A stretch of DNA of 64,000 nt. Origin: an uncultured Bacilli bacterium (lineage in GTDB: Bacteria; Bacillota_I; Bacilli_A; RF39; UBA660). A program made the translations under genes and the position numbers. Below, piece by piece: positions 48,489 through 58,932 of the stretch. Numbering within the stretch: position 1 is the stretch's first letter; every line of letters starts with the position of its first letter. The notes under the pieces were generated by a model. It did no database searches. It saw only the letters and a list, made by a program, of their open reading frames with translations, and was not told the origin of the DNA. The DNA is taken from contig CATNCE010000001.1 of NCBI GenBank assembly GCA_950097225.1, positions 121,110-185,109 on the forward strand, given 5' to 3'.

Positions 48489-51400
48489 ATGGAGAAGAGA
48501 AGATTTGGAAAAATATGGCTTTGTGCAGCTATTTTAGTGAGTGTTTGTTTAGTTGCTAAATTAATTCCTAGTATGGCAAGGGTTAAAAATCGTGTTGCAA
48601 CAGAAATCTCTACAGTTTGGGATGGGAGTGTTGCTAATAGTTACCGAAGTGGGAAAGGGACTAAAAGTGATCCATATATTATAGCTACTGGTTCTGAACT
48701 TGCGTATTTTGGTAAAATGCTTGAAATAACTAATTATAGTGGGACTTATTTTGCTTTAAGTAATGATATTTTGCTAAATGAAGGAATATTTTCTTATGAT
48801 GATGGGCTTAAATATACTTTAAATAAGAGCTCTTTCTATCTTGATTCTAAGACTGGTAATTTTTATGATACTTCTGATTTATCAGGTGTAAAAATAGGAA
48901 CTGTTAATAGTTTTAAAACTTTGAAAAACTTCAAGGGACATTTTGATGGCAAGAGTTATACAATTTATGGAGCTTTTATAAATGGGGAAAATGATGAAAT
49001 TGGTTTATTTAGTAATCTTGAGGGAAATATTACTGATTTATATGTAACTAATGCATCTATTAATGAAGGTAATGTTACTGGTTTGGTAACAAGTGCTAAA
49101 AATGCGACTTTAACAAATGTGGTTTTTAATGGTGTTGTCATTGGAAAAAATGAGGATAGAGTACTTGATAAGAGTATTATGTTAGATGATTATATTGTTG
49201 ATGGGAGTGCCAATATTCTTGTTGATGATGCGGAATTAAGAGGTTTCTATGGGGTGCGAAATTTAACTTTATCAGGTAAATGTGATGCTGATTTTCTTAT
49301 TGATGGGGAAAATATTTCTTGTGTATCTGGTCAATTTGAAACAGGGTTAAATCCTTTGAAGTCTAATTTTGAAGTTGCTTCTAGTGTAATTAATAATCTT
49401 TTAGAATTGAAAGTTAATGTTAGTTCTGTAGGAAATATTGCCGCAGGGATTGTTGGTTATGGTGAAAATATAACGTTAAAAAATGTTGTTAATAAGGCAT
49501 TTGTAAAAGGCAATAGTGAAGGTGCTGGCTTAGTTGGTGTTGCTGTTAATAAGTTAGTGATATCTAATAGTTATAATAATGGGAATGTCGATACTTTAGG
49601 GAATCATGGAGCATTAGTTGGCCGTGTATATTCGTTAAGTGCGCTTTCTAGTATAAATAATAGTTATAATGATGGGGACGACATTGGACTTGTTGGGATG
49701 GTTGTTGGTTCTCAAGATTATCTTAGTATAACGAATTCTTTTGATATTGTTAGTAATGGTAATCTTATTCGTGATATTCAAGAGTCAGTAGTTAATTTAA
49801 ATGGTGTTTATGGTTTACAAACCAATAAGTATTTGGATGGAGTAACAACAGGGAATGTTGTTAAAATCTCTAAGGCTCAGTTGATGAGCAGAGACTATCT
49901 TATCAATAACTTGCATTTTTCTGAATTTGTCGATTTAGAAGACACAGCTACTAATTCTAATAATGTGTGGATTTATGAAGATGGATATTTGCCAATTTTA
50001 TATGTTGATGATATTAAGAATCCTTTTGTAACTCTTAATTTAGGGAATTATTCGTGGAATAACTTAGGATTTGATGATAAAAAGATTAATTTCTCATCTT
50101 CAGTTGCATTTGCAATAAATGATGCTAATGACACAAGACCAATAAAAGAAAGTTATTATTATATAAGTAAAAGTGCACAACCTTTAACAAAGACTCAAAT
50201 TGATGCAATTGATACGTGGACTAAGTATGATAATATTGTATCTATCAGTGAAGATGGTTTTTATGTTTTATATGTAAAAGCATATGACTATGACGGCAAC
50301 GAAGTAATTATAAATTCGGATGTCTTGGTTGTTGATACTTTTGGATCTGATGTTTTAATAACTTTGGGAGAGCGTAAGTGGAGCTTATTTAGTGAAGATT
50401 TGGACTCGGCTTTTATAGATGATAATGCTAAAGTGGAAGTAAGTGCTACTGATGATTTATCAGGGGTTAAATATGTCCAGTATTATGTGACTGATGCTAA
50501 GTTAAACAATGATGAGTTAGATAATTTAAATTGGAGTAATTATGAAGAAGCAATTAGCATTGATAAGCTTGGAACTTATGTGATTTATGTTCGCGTAACT
50601 GATAATGCTTTAAATGAAACTATAATTAATACAGATTATATTATATATGGAGGGTATACCTTGAATAAGGTAGTAGTAGCTTCAGAGGAAATTGCTGATG
50701 CTAGTTTCCAAATTAGTTCTGGGTCTAAACTTGAATATAATTTTAGTTATCAAGATCATCACTATTTCGATGATGGGGATCATCATAATGTTGTATTTAA
50801 TAGAAATGTACCTAATGGGACTAAGCTTATTTTGATGGATAATATAAGTAAGAAAGTTTATTCATATATCGTTAGTAGTGATAGTTTAGTTATTCCTTTT
50901 ACTAGCTTTAGTGTATTAGGTAAAGGCAATATGTATAAGAACTTCCAAGAGAAAACAGGAGACATTGATAAAGAAGATTATACAGTTGTAGTTGATTTTT
51001 CTGATACTATAAAGCCTAGTATAAGTGATTTAACAGTATCTATTGATGTTCGTGATAAGAATGCTTATGTGTCGCGTTCAACGATAAAGAATACATTAAA
51101 AACGCTTAGCGTTATAGAAAATGCTGATGCTAATGTTACATTAAGAAGCACTTATGTGGGAGATGGAATAAAGTATAATGTTGATTCTTTAGAGTTGATT
51201 GACTTATCTTTAGGTCTTCAAAATGTTACCAATGAATTTGGAATCATTAGAGATTCGAGTATTCTGTCAAAGCAGATGGGCATTGCTATTAAACTCGTTA
51301 ATAAAGATGGAGTGACTATCGATAAAAGTAATATGCGCAATATCGAGTTTAAAATTGATGGAGAGTATTATTCTCCTGATTCAGATGGGGTTACGCGAAT

Positions 51401-51980
51401 TAAGATTGGTGATGCATCTGCGTCCGTTTCAAAAACTTTGATGGTCTTAACTTCGGCTAGTAATGCGACACTTTCTGCTGGTGAATATTATTTGTCAGTA
51501 ACGCCAATACTTGCTTATGATGGTATGTATGGTGGAATAAGTACTAGTGAAAATATAGTTATTCCAGTGATTTTTGATAATGCTTTAGATAATAATGAAA
51601 CGTATTCATTTAAAATTGAAAGTGAATCTGATTATAGAGTTTTATATAAAAAAGATGGTGTTGTCTCTTTAAATTATGAAGTTATAAGTGATAACTCTAT
51701 TAAGAATTCGAACGTACGCGTGATGCTATATAAAAAAGATAAATTGACAGCTTATGATCAAAAATATTCTTTAATAGATTTAAATGATTATTTAGTTAAT
51801 CCACTTAATGCTGTAACAGCAAATGTCTATTATGCTTTGACCGATTTTAGCTCAGGTAATAAATTTAGTTTAAATATTGATTTAGCGCGTTTAGAAGCAA
51901 ATGGTTATGAGATTGTCTTTGCTCTTTATGATGATAGTAAAAAAGTGGGAATGATTAAAGAGAAGTTCATTGTTAGATAG
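48489..51980 (+). CDS. Large secreted protein: GLUG-type beta-helix plus tandem Ig-like repeats
   Basis: Signal peptide; WDG..GKGTKSDPYII, FKGHFDG..YTI, IGLF, GLVG repeats; two Y.LYVKA.D..GN..IINSD-type repeats. Confidence 0.75.
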   Translation: MEKRRFGKIWLCAAILVSVCLVAKLIPSMARVKNRVATEISTVWDGSVANSYRSGKGTKSDPYIIATGSELAYFGKMLEITNYSGTYFALSNDILLNEGIFSYDDGLKYTLNKSSFYLDSKTGNFYDTSDLSGVKIGTVNSFKTLKNFKGHFDGKSYTIYGAFINGENDEIGLFSNLEGNITDLYVTNASINEGNVTGLVTSAKNATLTNVVFNGVVIGKNEDRVLDKSIMLDDYIVDGSANILVDDAELRGFYGVRNLTLSGKCDADFLIDGENISCVSGQFETGLNPLKSNFEVASSVINNLLELKVNVSSVGNIAAGIVGYGENITLKNVVNKAFVKGNSEGAGLVGVAVNKLVISNSYNNGNVDTLGNHGALVGRVYSLSALSSINNSYNDGDDIGLVGMVVGSQDYLSITNSFDIVSNGNLIRDIQESVVNLNGVYGLQTNKYLDGVTTGNVVKISKAQLMSRDYLINNLHFSEFVDLEDTATNSNNVWIYEDGYLPILYVDDIKNPFVTLNLGNYSWNNLGFDDKKINFSSSVAFAINDANDTRPIKESYYYISKSAQPLTKTQIDAIDTWTKYDNIVSISEDGFYVLYVKAYDYDGNEVIINSDVLVVDTFGSDVLITLGERKWSLFSEDLDSAFIDDNAKVEVSATDDLSGVKYVQYYVTDAKLNNDELDNLNWSNYEEAISIDKLGTYVIYVRVTDNALNETIINTDYIIYGGYTLNKVVVASEEIADASFQISSGSKLEYNFSYQDHHYFDDGDHHNVVFNRNVPNGTKLILMDNISKKVYSYIVSSDSLVIPFTSFSVLGKGNMYKNFQEKTGDIDKEDYTVVVDFSDTIKPSISDLTVSIDVRDKNAYVSRSTIKNTLKTLSVIENADANVTLRSTYVGDGIKYNVDSLELIDLSLGLQNVTNEFGIIRDSSILSKQMGIAIKLVNKDGVTIDKSNMRNIEFKIDGEYYSPDSDGVTRIKIGDASASVSKTLMVLTSASNATLSAGEYYLSVTPILAYDGMYGGISTSENIVIPVIFDNALDNNETYSFKIESESDYRVLYKKDGVVSLNYEVISDNSIKNSNVRVMLYKKDKLTAYDQKYSLIDLNDYLVNPLNAVTANVYYALTDFSSGNKFSLNIDLARLEANGYEIVFALYDDSKKVGMIKEKFIVR

Positions 51981-51993
51981 GAGTAGTGGTATT

Positions 51994-52533
51994 ATGAAAA
52001 GTAAAATATTAGTAGGTTTGTTTATTGCTGCTGCTATTCTATTTAGCACGGGACTTACATATTCGATTTTTACATCATCGGCAACAATGAGTACTAATAA
52101 TCAAAAGATTGCCAAATTTATTTTTAATGCAGAACAGACGGATGAATTTTTAGTTCCTATAAATGACTTAGTTCCTAATACGTTTAAAGAGTTTGAATTT
52201 CAAGTAAGTAATAATTCTAATGGCCAAAATACCAATGTTAATTTAAATTATCAGATTACTATTAAGACGTTTCATTTTATGCCGTTAGTTATTGAACTTT
52301 ATAAGGTAGGAGTGGAAGATGCTATAATGGTTTGTGATGAATCGTATACACGTAATACTGATAATGAATTAGTGTGTAATTCTTCTTATCAAGAGATGCG
52401 TTATGATAAAGAAGTAATAGATGATTATAAGTTAAAGGTGACATTTCCTTCCGAATATAATGGGGATGAATATGCGTCTTTAGTAGATTATATTGATCTT
52501 AGTATTGCTAGCTTCCAGAAAGTAGATAAGTAG
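51994..52533 (+). CDS. Secreted TasA/camelysin-like filament subunit (SipW-type signal peptide)
   Basis: Hydrophobic leader ending GLTYS|IF; DLVPN..FEFQVSN. Confidence 0.6.
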   Translation: MKSKILVGLFIAAAILFSTGLTYSIFTSSATMSTNNQKIAKFIFNAEQTDEFLVPINDLVPNTFKEFEFQVSNNSNGQNTNVNLNYQITIKTFHFMPLVIELYKVGVEDAIMVCDESYTRNTDNELVCNSSYQEMRYDKEVIDDYKLKVTFPSEYNGDEYASLVDYIDLSIASFQKVDK

Positions 52534-52536
52534 GCG

Positions 52537-53433
52537 ATGATTATGAAAAAAAGTTTAAAGATATCGATAATAATTATTGTTGGGATAGTAGCATTAATTG
52601 CGACTCAATATGGTTTATCCTATGCTAAATATGCATATAATTCTGTTTGGAATTATTATTTAAAGTCAAAGAAATTTTATTTTGATAGTGATTCACTTGG
52701 CGTTGATATTAAAACCCATGTTGATAAGTTGTGGAATGGGGATAAAGTATATTTTAATATTAGGAATAGCTTAAATGATTTAGAGATAAGTGAAAGCGAT
52801 ATTGAGTATAAAGTTACTTGTGAAGTTAAGAATAGTTCTAATAATGCTGTTTGTGATCTTATGGATACAGGTACTAATACTTATACAGGCGTTTTATCAG
52901 CTTATAAGAAATGTGTGAACAAGACAGGAGATAATGTCGATGTTTCTTCATTTGATAGGAGTACATGTGAGATAAGTGGTTATGAGTGGGATATAAGTGT
53001 TGCTAATCGGGAGTTGTATTTTACCCTTTTGAGTGATAGTGGAGAAGTTGAGACTGCTGATGTGGTAATTACAGTTGTCAGTACAAGTCCTTATAAAAAA
53101 ACTTTAAAGGGAGAATATATTTTGAATCGCGATAAAAATATGCTTGGACGTATTATGCATGATTATAATGATTTTGGGCTAGAGGGACAGTTAGTGTTAA
53201 CTAATACTTTTTCTGAGGCTAAGTGTTTGATGATTAATTTTGATTCTACGAAGTTAGTTGTTGATCACAACGATAAGAAGATTAAAAAGTATGCCACTGA
53301 TAGTGATGGATATATTAACGAAATTGTTGTTATGGTAGATGGTGTATCTAGTGAGATTATTCCTTTTTATGATCGAGTATTAAATGATTATAGTAAAGAT
53401 CATTTTACGATTGTGGAAAGTAATGAGTGTTAG
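52537..53433 (+). CDS. Secreted protein with SipW-type signal peptide
   Basis: Leader ending GLSYA|KY; FYFDSD. Confidence 0.6.
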   Translation: MIMKKSLKISIIIIVGIVALIATQYGLSYAKYAYNSVWNYYLKSKKFYFDSDSLGVDIKTHVDKLWNGDKVYFNIRNSLNDLEISESDIEYKVTCEVKNSSNNAVCDLMDTGTNTYTGVLSAYKKCVNKTGDNVDVSSFDRSTCEISGYEWDISVANRELYFTLLSDSGEVETADVVITVVSTSPYKKTLKGEYILNRDKNMLGRIMHDYNDFGLEGQLVLTNTFSEAKCLMINFDSTKLVVDHNDKKIKKYATDSDGYINEIVVMVDGVSSEIIPFYDRVLNDYSKDHFTIVESNEC

Positions 53434-53494
53434 TTGCTATTTGATAGCTTCTATGCTATGATTGGTATGATAGTAGAAGTAGGAGGTAAAGAAA

Positions 53495-54016
53495 ATGTGG
53501 GAGAAAGTTAAGAGTATATTAGTTACAATATTCTGTTTTATATATTTTTCGTTTGCATTAAGTATGACAGTGCTATTATTAAATTTCAATGACTATGGAG
53601 TTACTCAATTTGGGGAGACTTCAATTGTTGTTTTAAAAGAAAAGGTTAATTTTGAGGGATTTAAAAAAGGACAGGTTGTAATAGTTGAATCAGAGTCTGT
53701 TAGCAATTATCAGGTTGGCGATATCGTGTTTACTTATCGCGTTATCAATAAAATACCGCATATTGAAGTTGGCAAAGTTGGGGAAGTATATTTAAATGAG
53801 CGAGCTATTGCTTATGAAAATGGTGATACTTATTCAGAAGAATATATTATTGGAAAACCGACAAAGACTTATAATAAAATGGGAACATTTTTAGCAGTAA
53901 TTCAGTCTAAATGGGGATTTTTGTTTATTATTTTAGTTCCATGTTTCTTATTATTTATTTATCAAATATTTGCTTTGGTAGTAGAAATAAAATATGGTTC
54001 AGAAAGTACAGTTTAA
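53495..54016 (+). CDS. Degenerate SipW-like (S26B) membrane protein
   Basis: TM / beta domain (..VGDIVFTY..IIGK) / TM architecture of SipW, but no GSM or THR motif. Confidence 0.6.
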   Translation: MWEKVKSILVTIFCFIYFSFALSMTVLLLNFNDYGVTQFGETSIVVLKEKVNFEGFKKGQVVIVESESVSNYQVGDIVFTYRVINKIPHIEVGKVGEVYLNERAIAYENGDTYSEEYIIGKPTKTYNKMGTFLAVIQSKWGFLFIILVPCFLLFIYQIFALVVEIKYGSESTV

Positions 54017-54121
54017 GAGCTACTATGCTCTTTTTTATTTGGCATCAATGCATAAATTGGGATTGTTGGAAGGAAGTTTTTTATTGTTCTGATTTTTTGT
54101 TAGAAAGTTTGGCTAAAAATA

Positions 54122-54150
54122 TTGTTTAATTTTGTCGAATATGATAGAAT
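54122..54150 (+). promoter_or_regulatory. Internal sigma-A promoter with Spo0A box in the spacer
   Basis: TTGTTT-17nt-TAGAAT with TG; TGTCGAA at 54133-54139. Confidence 0.55.
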
Positions 54151-54193
54151 CAGTTATAGTAGAAGAGTAGTATGAAAATAGGAGTGTGTTATT

Positions 54194-56260
54194 ATGCTGT
54201 CTAAAAGTAGTTTGTTGAAAAGGATTGTTAATGTCATATTAAATATTTTCATTACTATATTTATAATCGTATTGTTGATTACTCTTTATAATAATTTGCA
54301 GGTAACTGTTTTGAAGAATACTTATGCTAGTTTTTTTGGATACTCTATATTTGAGGTGCAAACAGGCAGTATGGAACCTAGTATATCTCCTGGAGATTGT
54401 GTAATAACGCATTATGTTAACGAAGTCGAGTTAGATGATGTTATAACTTTTCAAAGGAATGGAGAGTTTATAACGCATAGAGTAATAGAAGCATATAAGG
54501 GGACTTACGTTACCAAGGGGGATGCTAATAATGCTAAAGATGAGCCAATTAGTCGTGAACAAATAGTCGGAAAAGTTGTGAAGATAATTCCTAATGTTGG
54601 AGCGATGCGCAGTACTATATTGAATCCGGTTGTCTTAATTGGCTTAATTATTACTTTCTATCTTTTAACATTTGCTTTTAAAGATAGAAAAAAAGTGGTT
54701 GAGGTTGATGTAAATATACGTGAAGAAAAAGAAGTGAAATCTATGAAGTTAAAGGAAATGTTAAAGTCTTTGTTAAAAAAGAATGAAAAAGTAGTAACAC
54801 CAAAGAAAGTAGTCATTATTCCTCCAAAAGAAGAGATAAAAGAGGAAGTTATTAGTGCTGTAGATAATGAAATCGAGGATGATGTTCGTTTAGAAGAAGA
54901 TATAATAAAGTCTGATTCAACTGATGAGTACTTGGATGATGAGCTTGATAAAACGATCGTGTTTCGAATGGTAGCAGTTGATGGTGATGAACTAGATAAA
55001 TCGTATAAGAAGATTTTGAAGTTAAATGAGGAAGAAGAACTAAAAGAGAAAAAAGAACAAATAAAAAGAGAAAAACGCGAAGAGAAAAATAAAAGTAGTG
55101 TTAAAGAGAAAGTTAAAAAGCCAGGTATTACCGATGAGTTAGATCGCATACAAAAGAAGAAAAAGAAATTTAAAAACATAATTGAAAAGGCAATGTTTAT
55201 CAAGGAAGATGAAGTTAGTTTGATGGTGGATATTTTGTTAAGGGATGAGGCTAGTAAACCAGGAATTCCTTCGATAAAAAATACTTTTGTCAAGACATAT
55301 ATAGATGGTAAATACTACAACTATTGTGGCAATGTTAATTTAGAGTACACTAAAAAGAATATGGTTTCTAAGGTTAATGCTGCTATGCAAGATAAAGCAA
55401 GTGAGCTTATTAAAGTTTATAAGGGAAATGATAAAAAGTATAACGATAAAGTTATGAAAATGGTTGATGTTTTTGCTTTAATTATTACTCTTGAAACTGC
55501 CTTTTTAGTACAAGAAGGTATTAGGGTAAAAAGAGATAATTACAAGACTAAAATTCTTAAGGTTTTAAAAGAACTTACTGATGGACCAATAGTAAAAGAT
55601 ATGGTAAATCAAATTATTGAAGTTCAAAAGAGTCATGCTGAGATGGTTAAAACGTCTCTTGAGAAAATTGAAACAAATATGTTTAAATTGACGACTAATA
55701 GTGTTGCTAAAAATTTGAGTGCTGTTTATTTAGAACATAATATTGCATTTAGCAAGGTTTATAGTGATTATATTGTAGATAAGACTTATAGTGAGGGCGT
55801 TGTAGCGGAGGATAAAATAGCAGTTTTATTGACGCTTTTATCAGGACAAATACTAAATGATATGTATGCTTGTGAATTTAATCAAAAGTATATGTTCTAT
55901 ATTCCAGAGAGTTTATATACTAAGTCTAATAAGCTTAGTGCCATTTTTGATAAATTTGAGGATGAGTATGCGAAGACGATGATAGTTGTTCTTATTCAAT
56001 ATAGTGAGTTAAGCCGCAATAGTAAAGTTGTTCGTGAACTTATCAAGGAAGGATATCACTTCGCTGTTGACTTAAGTAAGACTGATCGCATTAAGAGCAA
56101 AGATATGGGGCTTATGGAACTTATGAGTATATTATTTATGGATCGTAAGACTAAAGATAAAAAGGAAATTATAGCTAGTTTATCAGACTATGCACAAAAA
56201 CGCGTTATATATGATGATATTGAAGCTAAGGTTGGAAGTTTTTGGGGGGATAACGAATGA
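54194..56260 (+). CDS. Signal peptidase I (SipW type) fused to a large cytoplasmic region ending in a degenerate EAL-like domain
   Basis: VQTGSMEP, ITHRV, TKGDANN, second TM; C-terminal IVVLIQYSE..VRELIKEGYHFAVD. Confidence 0.75.
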   Translation: MLSKSSLLKRIVNVILNIFITIFIIVLLITLYNNLQVTVLKNTYASFFGYSIFEVQTGSMEPSISPGDCVITHYVNEVELDDVITFQRNGEFITHRVIEAYKGTYVTKGDANNAKDEPISREQIVGKVVKIIPNVGAMRSTILNPVVLIGLIITFYLLTFAFKDRKKVVEVDVNIREEKEVKSMKLKEMLKSLLKKNEKVVTPKKVVIIPPKEEIKEEVISAVDNEIEDDVRLEEDIIKSDSTDEYLDDELDKTIVFRMVAVDGDELDKSYKKILKLNEEEELKEKKEQIKREKREEKNKSSVKEKVKKPGITDELDRIQKKKKKFKNIIEKAMFIKEDEVSLMVDILLRDEASKPGIPSIKNTFVKTYIDGKYYNYCGNVNLEYTKKNMVSKVNAAMQDKASELIKVYKGNDKKYNDKVMKMVDVFALIITLETAFLVQEGIRVKRDNYKTKILKVLKELTDGPIVKDMVNQIIEVQKSHAEMVKTSLEKIETNMFKLTTNSVAKNLSAVYLEHNIAFSKVYSDYIVDKTYSEGVVAEDKIAVLLTLLSGQILNDMYACEFNQKYMFYIPESLYTKSNKLSAIFDKFEDEYAKTMIVVLIQYSELSRNSKVVRELIKEGYHFAVDLSKTDRIKSKDMGLMELMSILFMDRKTKDKKEIIASLSDYAQKRVIYDDIEAKVGSFWGDNE

Positions 56261-57783
56261 ATACATTTATAAGATTCTTTTATGAATTTATATCAGTTTT
56301 TTTAAACGGACTTGGGATGATTTTTAAAGGGCTTGTTGGCGGAATAAAGAAAATGTTTAGCATAAGTGATTATGCTAAGGTAATCGATAGCTATAATGGT
56401 AGTTTTAATGGTTTAGAGAAGTTCTTTGTCTTTCTATCTGTCGCTTTTTTAGTCTTAATTGTTCTTTTAATAATTTTCTTAATTGTTTTATTTGTTCGCA
56501 AATTAATAAGAAGAAGTATGAATAACATGAGCAAAGAGGAATTATTAGAGGAAATTGCTAATTTGAATGATAAAGTTCGCAAACTCATGAAGGAAAAAGA
56601 AGAAATTATGGCGATGAAGGTTTCTCAGTTAGGATTAAATCCTGATGCAGATGAAGAAGAAAATCCTGAAGGGGTAGTAGAAGAGGAAGATCCAGCTCAA
56701 GCGGGAATAAGATTTCCTAAGTTGGTGCAGTTAGATGAGGACTTTAAGAATTTTCATCCGCGCAATTACGAAAATGCTTTTACTCTTGAAGAGTTGATTG
56801 ATGATTTTCGCTGTTATTCAGCATCGCAATTGAAACTATATTATGATTTTAATATATTACGACCTTTCTTTGCTGGATTGGCTTGTAGCAAATTGATAAT
56901 TTTACAAGGTATATCAGGAACAGGTAAAACCTCACTTGCTTATGCATGGGGAAAGTTTGTTGGAAATGATTCTTATGTTGCATCTGTTGAACCATCATGG
57001 CGTGATAAATCAGACTTTTTAGGATATTTTAATGAATTTACCAAGAAGTTTAATGAGACTTCAGCTCTTGGCGAGATTTATGCTGCTAGTTTTGATGATG
57101 ATGTGCATACTATTATTCTTGATGAGATGAATTTAGCGCGTGTAGAATACTATTTTGCTGATTTATTATCAATATTAGAGATGCCATCGAGAGATGAATG
57201 GGTTGTTGATTTAGTGCCAAATGCTTGGCCAAAAGATCCTAAAAAATTAGAACGTGGTAAGTTAAGGTTGCCAGGGAATTTATGGTATATTGGTACAATT
57301 AACAATGATGACTCGACATTTATGGTTACTGATAAAGTGTATGACCGTGCTATGCCAATCGATATTAATACGAAGATTAGTGCGTTTGAATGTCGTGAAC
57401 AAGAATGTGTTAATGTTAATTCGACTTATTTAGAAAATTTATTTATTGATGCGATTGAAAAGCATCCATTATCTGATAAGGGCGAAAAACAAGTTAATGA
57501 TATTGATGATTATGTAATTAAGCATTTTAGAATATCTTTTGGTAATCGTATCATGAAACAATTAGGAGTATTTGCTCCTGTATATGTTGCTTGTGGTGGA
57601 AAAGAGATAGAGGCAATTGATTATTTCGTTGCTAAGAAAATTTTACGTAAATTTGATCAATTAAGTGTTGCTTTAATTCGCGATGAAATTGATCCATTTA
57701 TAACATTCTTGAATAAGAATTTTGGTAAAAACACTATGAAGGAATGTATTGAGTATTTAGAAAGATTGAAGAAGAGTATTTAA
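56257..57783 (+). CDS. Membrane-anchored McrB-family AAA+ GTPase (NxD type)
   Basis: TM plus coiled coil; GISGTGKT, V.PSW.D..DFLGY.N, LDEMNLARVEYYFAD.LS.LE, GTINNDDST, KVYDRA. Confidence 0.85.
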   Translation: MNTFIRFFYEFISVFLNGLGMIFKGLVGGIKKMFSISDYAKVIDSYNGSFNGLEKFFVFLSVAFLVLIVLLIIFLIVLFVRKLIRRSMNNMSKEELLEEIANLNDKVRKLMKEKEEIMAMKVSQLGLNPDADEEENPEGVVEEEDPAQAGIRFPKLVQLDEDFKNFHPRNYENAFTLEELIDDFRCYSASQLKLYYDFNILRPFFAGLACSKLIILQGISGTGKTSLAYAWGKFVGNDSYVASVEPSWRDKSDFLGYFNEFTKKFNETSALGEIYAASFDDDVHTIILDEMNLARVEYYFADLLSILEMPSRDEWVVDLVPNAWPKDPKKLERGKLRLPGNLWYIGTINNDDSTFMVTDKVYDRAMPIDINTKISAFECREQECVNVNSTYLENLFIDAIEKHPLSDKGEKQVNDIDDYVIKHFRISFGNRIMKQLGVFAPVYVACGGKEIEAIDYFVAKKILRKFDQLSVALIRDEIDPFITFLNKNFGKNTMKECIEYLERLKKSI

Positions 57784-57796
57784 TTGGGGTGATAAT

Positions 57797-58924
57797 GTGG
57801 CAAGCAAAGATATTATAGAGGTTAGTAATGATGTCCTTGAAACATCTACTAAATTTTTACACGATGTAGAGTCAAATGTTTATTTTGACTCGCGTCTTGC
57901 TAGCGATTTATTTGATACAGAATGGCTTGAAAGATTAGAATATGCTTGCCCCTATATCGATATTATCGTTAGAAATCCTAAACTAGCTTTAATAAAAGAG
58001 GAAAATGTTGTCTTAGTTGAAAAAGCCAAGAAAATTGATGTTACAAGTGTAAAGGATTTAGCTAAGCATACTGAGCGGATAAGCCGTTATGATCGTGGTA
58101 CTGATAGTGTTGAACCTAAGAAGATATTAGATATTCGCAATGAGGAGACGTTTAATATTTATGAGAATAGATTCTTGTATACTGTTGTTAAGATGACTAT
58201 CGCGTTTGTTTCTAATAAGGAGAGGATGCTTAAAAAACTTGATCTTAAAGATTATAAGCTTTTAGAGTATTCGTCAAAGACAACTACGTTATCGGAAAAA
58301 GTTAATATTCAAGTTAAGGTTAATTCTGAATCTATTCCTAAAGGAAAGATGGATAAAGACGTTCTTGATAAAGTTAAGGAAATAAAGAAGCGTATAAAGA
58401 GAATAAAGGATTTTCTTTTAAGTTGGGAAAGAAGCCCAATGATGAAGGAAATTGAGGCCGCACATATATCTTTAATGAAACCGCCTATTCGTAAGACTAA
58501 CGTTATTTTGAAAAACCCAAATTTCCAGGTTGCTGTTAAACTTTGGGAGTATTTATATAAGTTTAGTGAAAATAAAGAGGAATCTGGAGATAATACTTCG
58601 GCACGAGCAGGTAATGTCTTGTTAGGATTTTTAGATCATTCTTTTTTAGTAGATTACTTTGTAATGAACTCAATGGCAGTATCTAAAAGAGAACAGAAGA
58701 AAAAAATGGCTACATATGCTGTCTTATTATTAAGCGAAGAGATTAGGAGAATTATGGCTCTTTTAAAGAATATGGGCTTAGATATTACGGATGAGGAATT
58801 GATGCGTTTAGTGGCAAAAGAACTTCACGGCAATAATGAACGTCTTGTTGGAGTGTCTGATGTAAAAAAGAAATTTAAGAGTGCTATGAGTGAATATTTG
58901 GAAAGGACACAAGATGTCTTGTAA
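57797..58924 (+). CDS. DUF2357 (McrC N-terminal-like) protein without evident nuclease domain
   Basis: EETFNIYENRF and PPIRKTNVILKNPNF...LW; directly after the McrB-like gene. Confidence 0.7.
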   Translation: MASKDIIEVSNDVLETSTKFLHDVESNVYFDSRLASDLFDTEWLERLEYACPYIDIIVRNPKLALIKEENVVLVEKAKKIDVTSVKDLAKHTERISRYDRGTDSVEPKKILDIRNEETFNIYENRFLYTVVKMTIAFVSNKERMLKKLDLKDYKLLEYSSKTTTLSEKVNIQVKVNSESIPKGKMDKDVLDKVKEIKKRIKRIKDFLLSWERSPMMKEIEAAHISLMKPPIRKTNVILKNPNFQVAVKLWEYLYKFSENKEESGDNTSARAGNVLLGFLDHSFLVDYFVMNSMAVSKREQKKKMATYAVLLLSEEIRRIMALLKNMGLDITDEELMRLVAKELHGNNERLVGVSDVKKKFKSAMSEYLERTQDVL

Positions 58925-58932
58925 AATAATAT

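Noticed and set aside
56257-58924. Ordinary McrBC restriction system or defence island
   Set aside because: No DNA-recognition domain, no nuclease motif and no other defence or mobility genes nearby; the pair is translationally coupled to secretion genes
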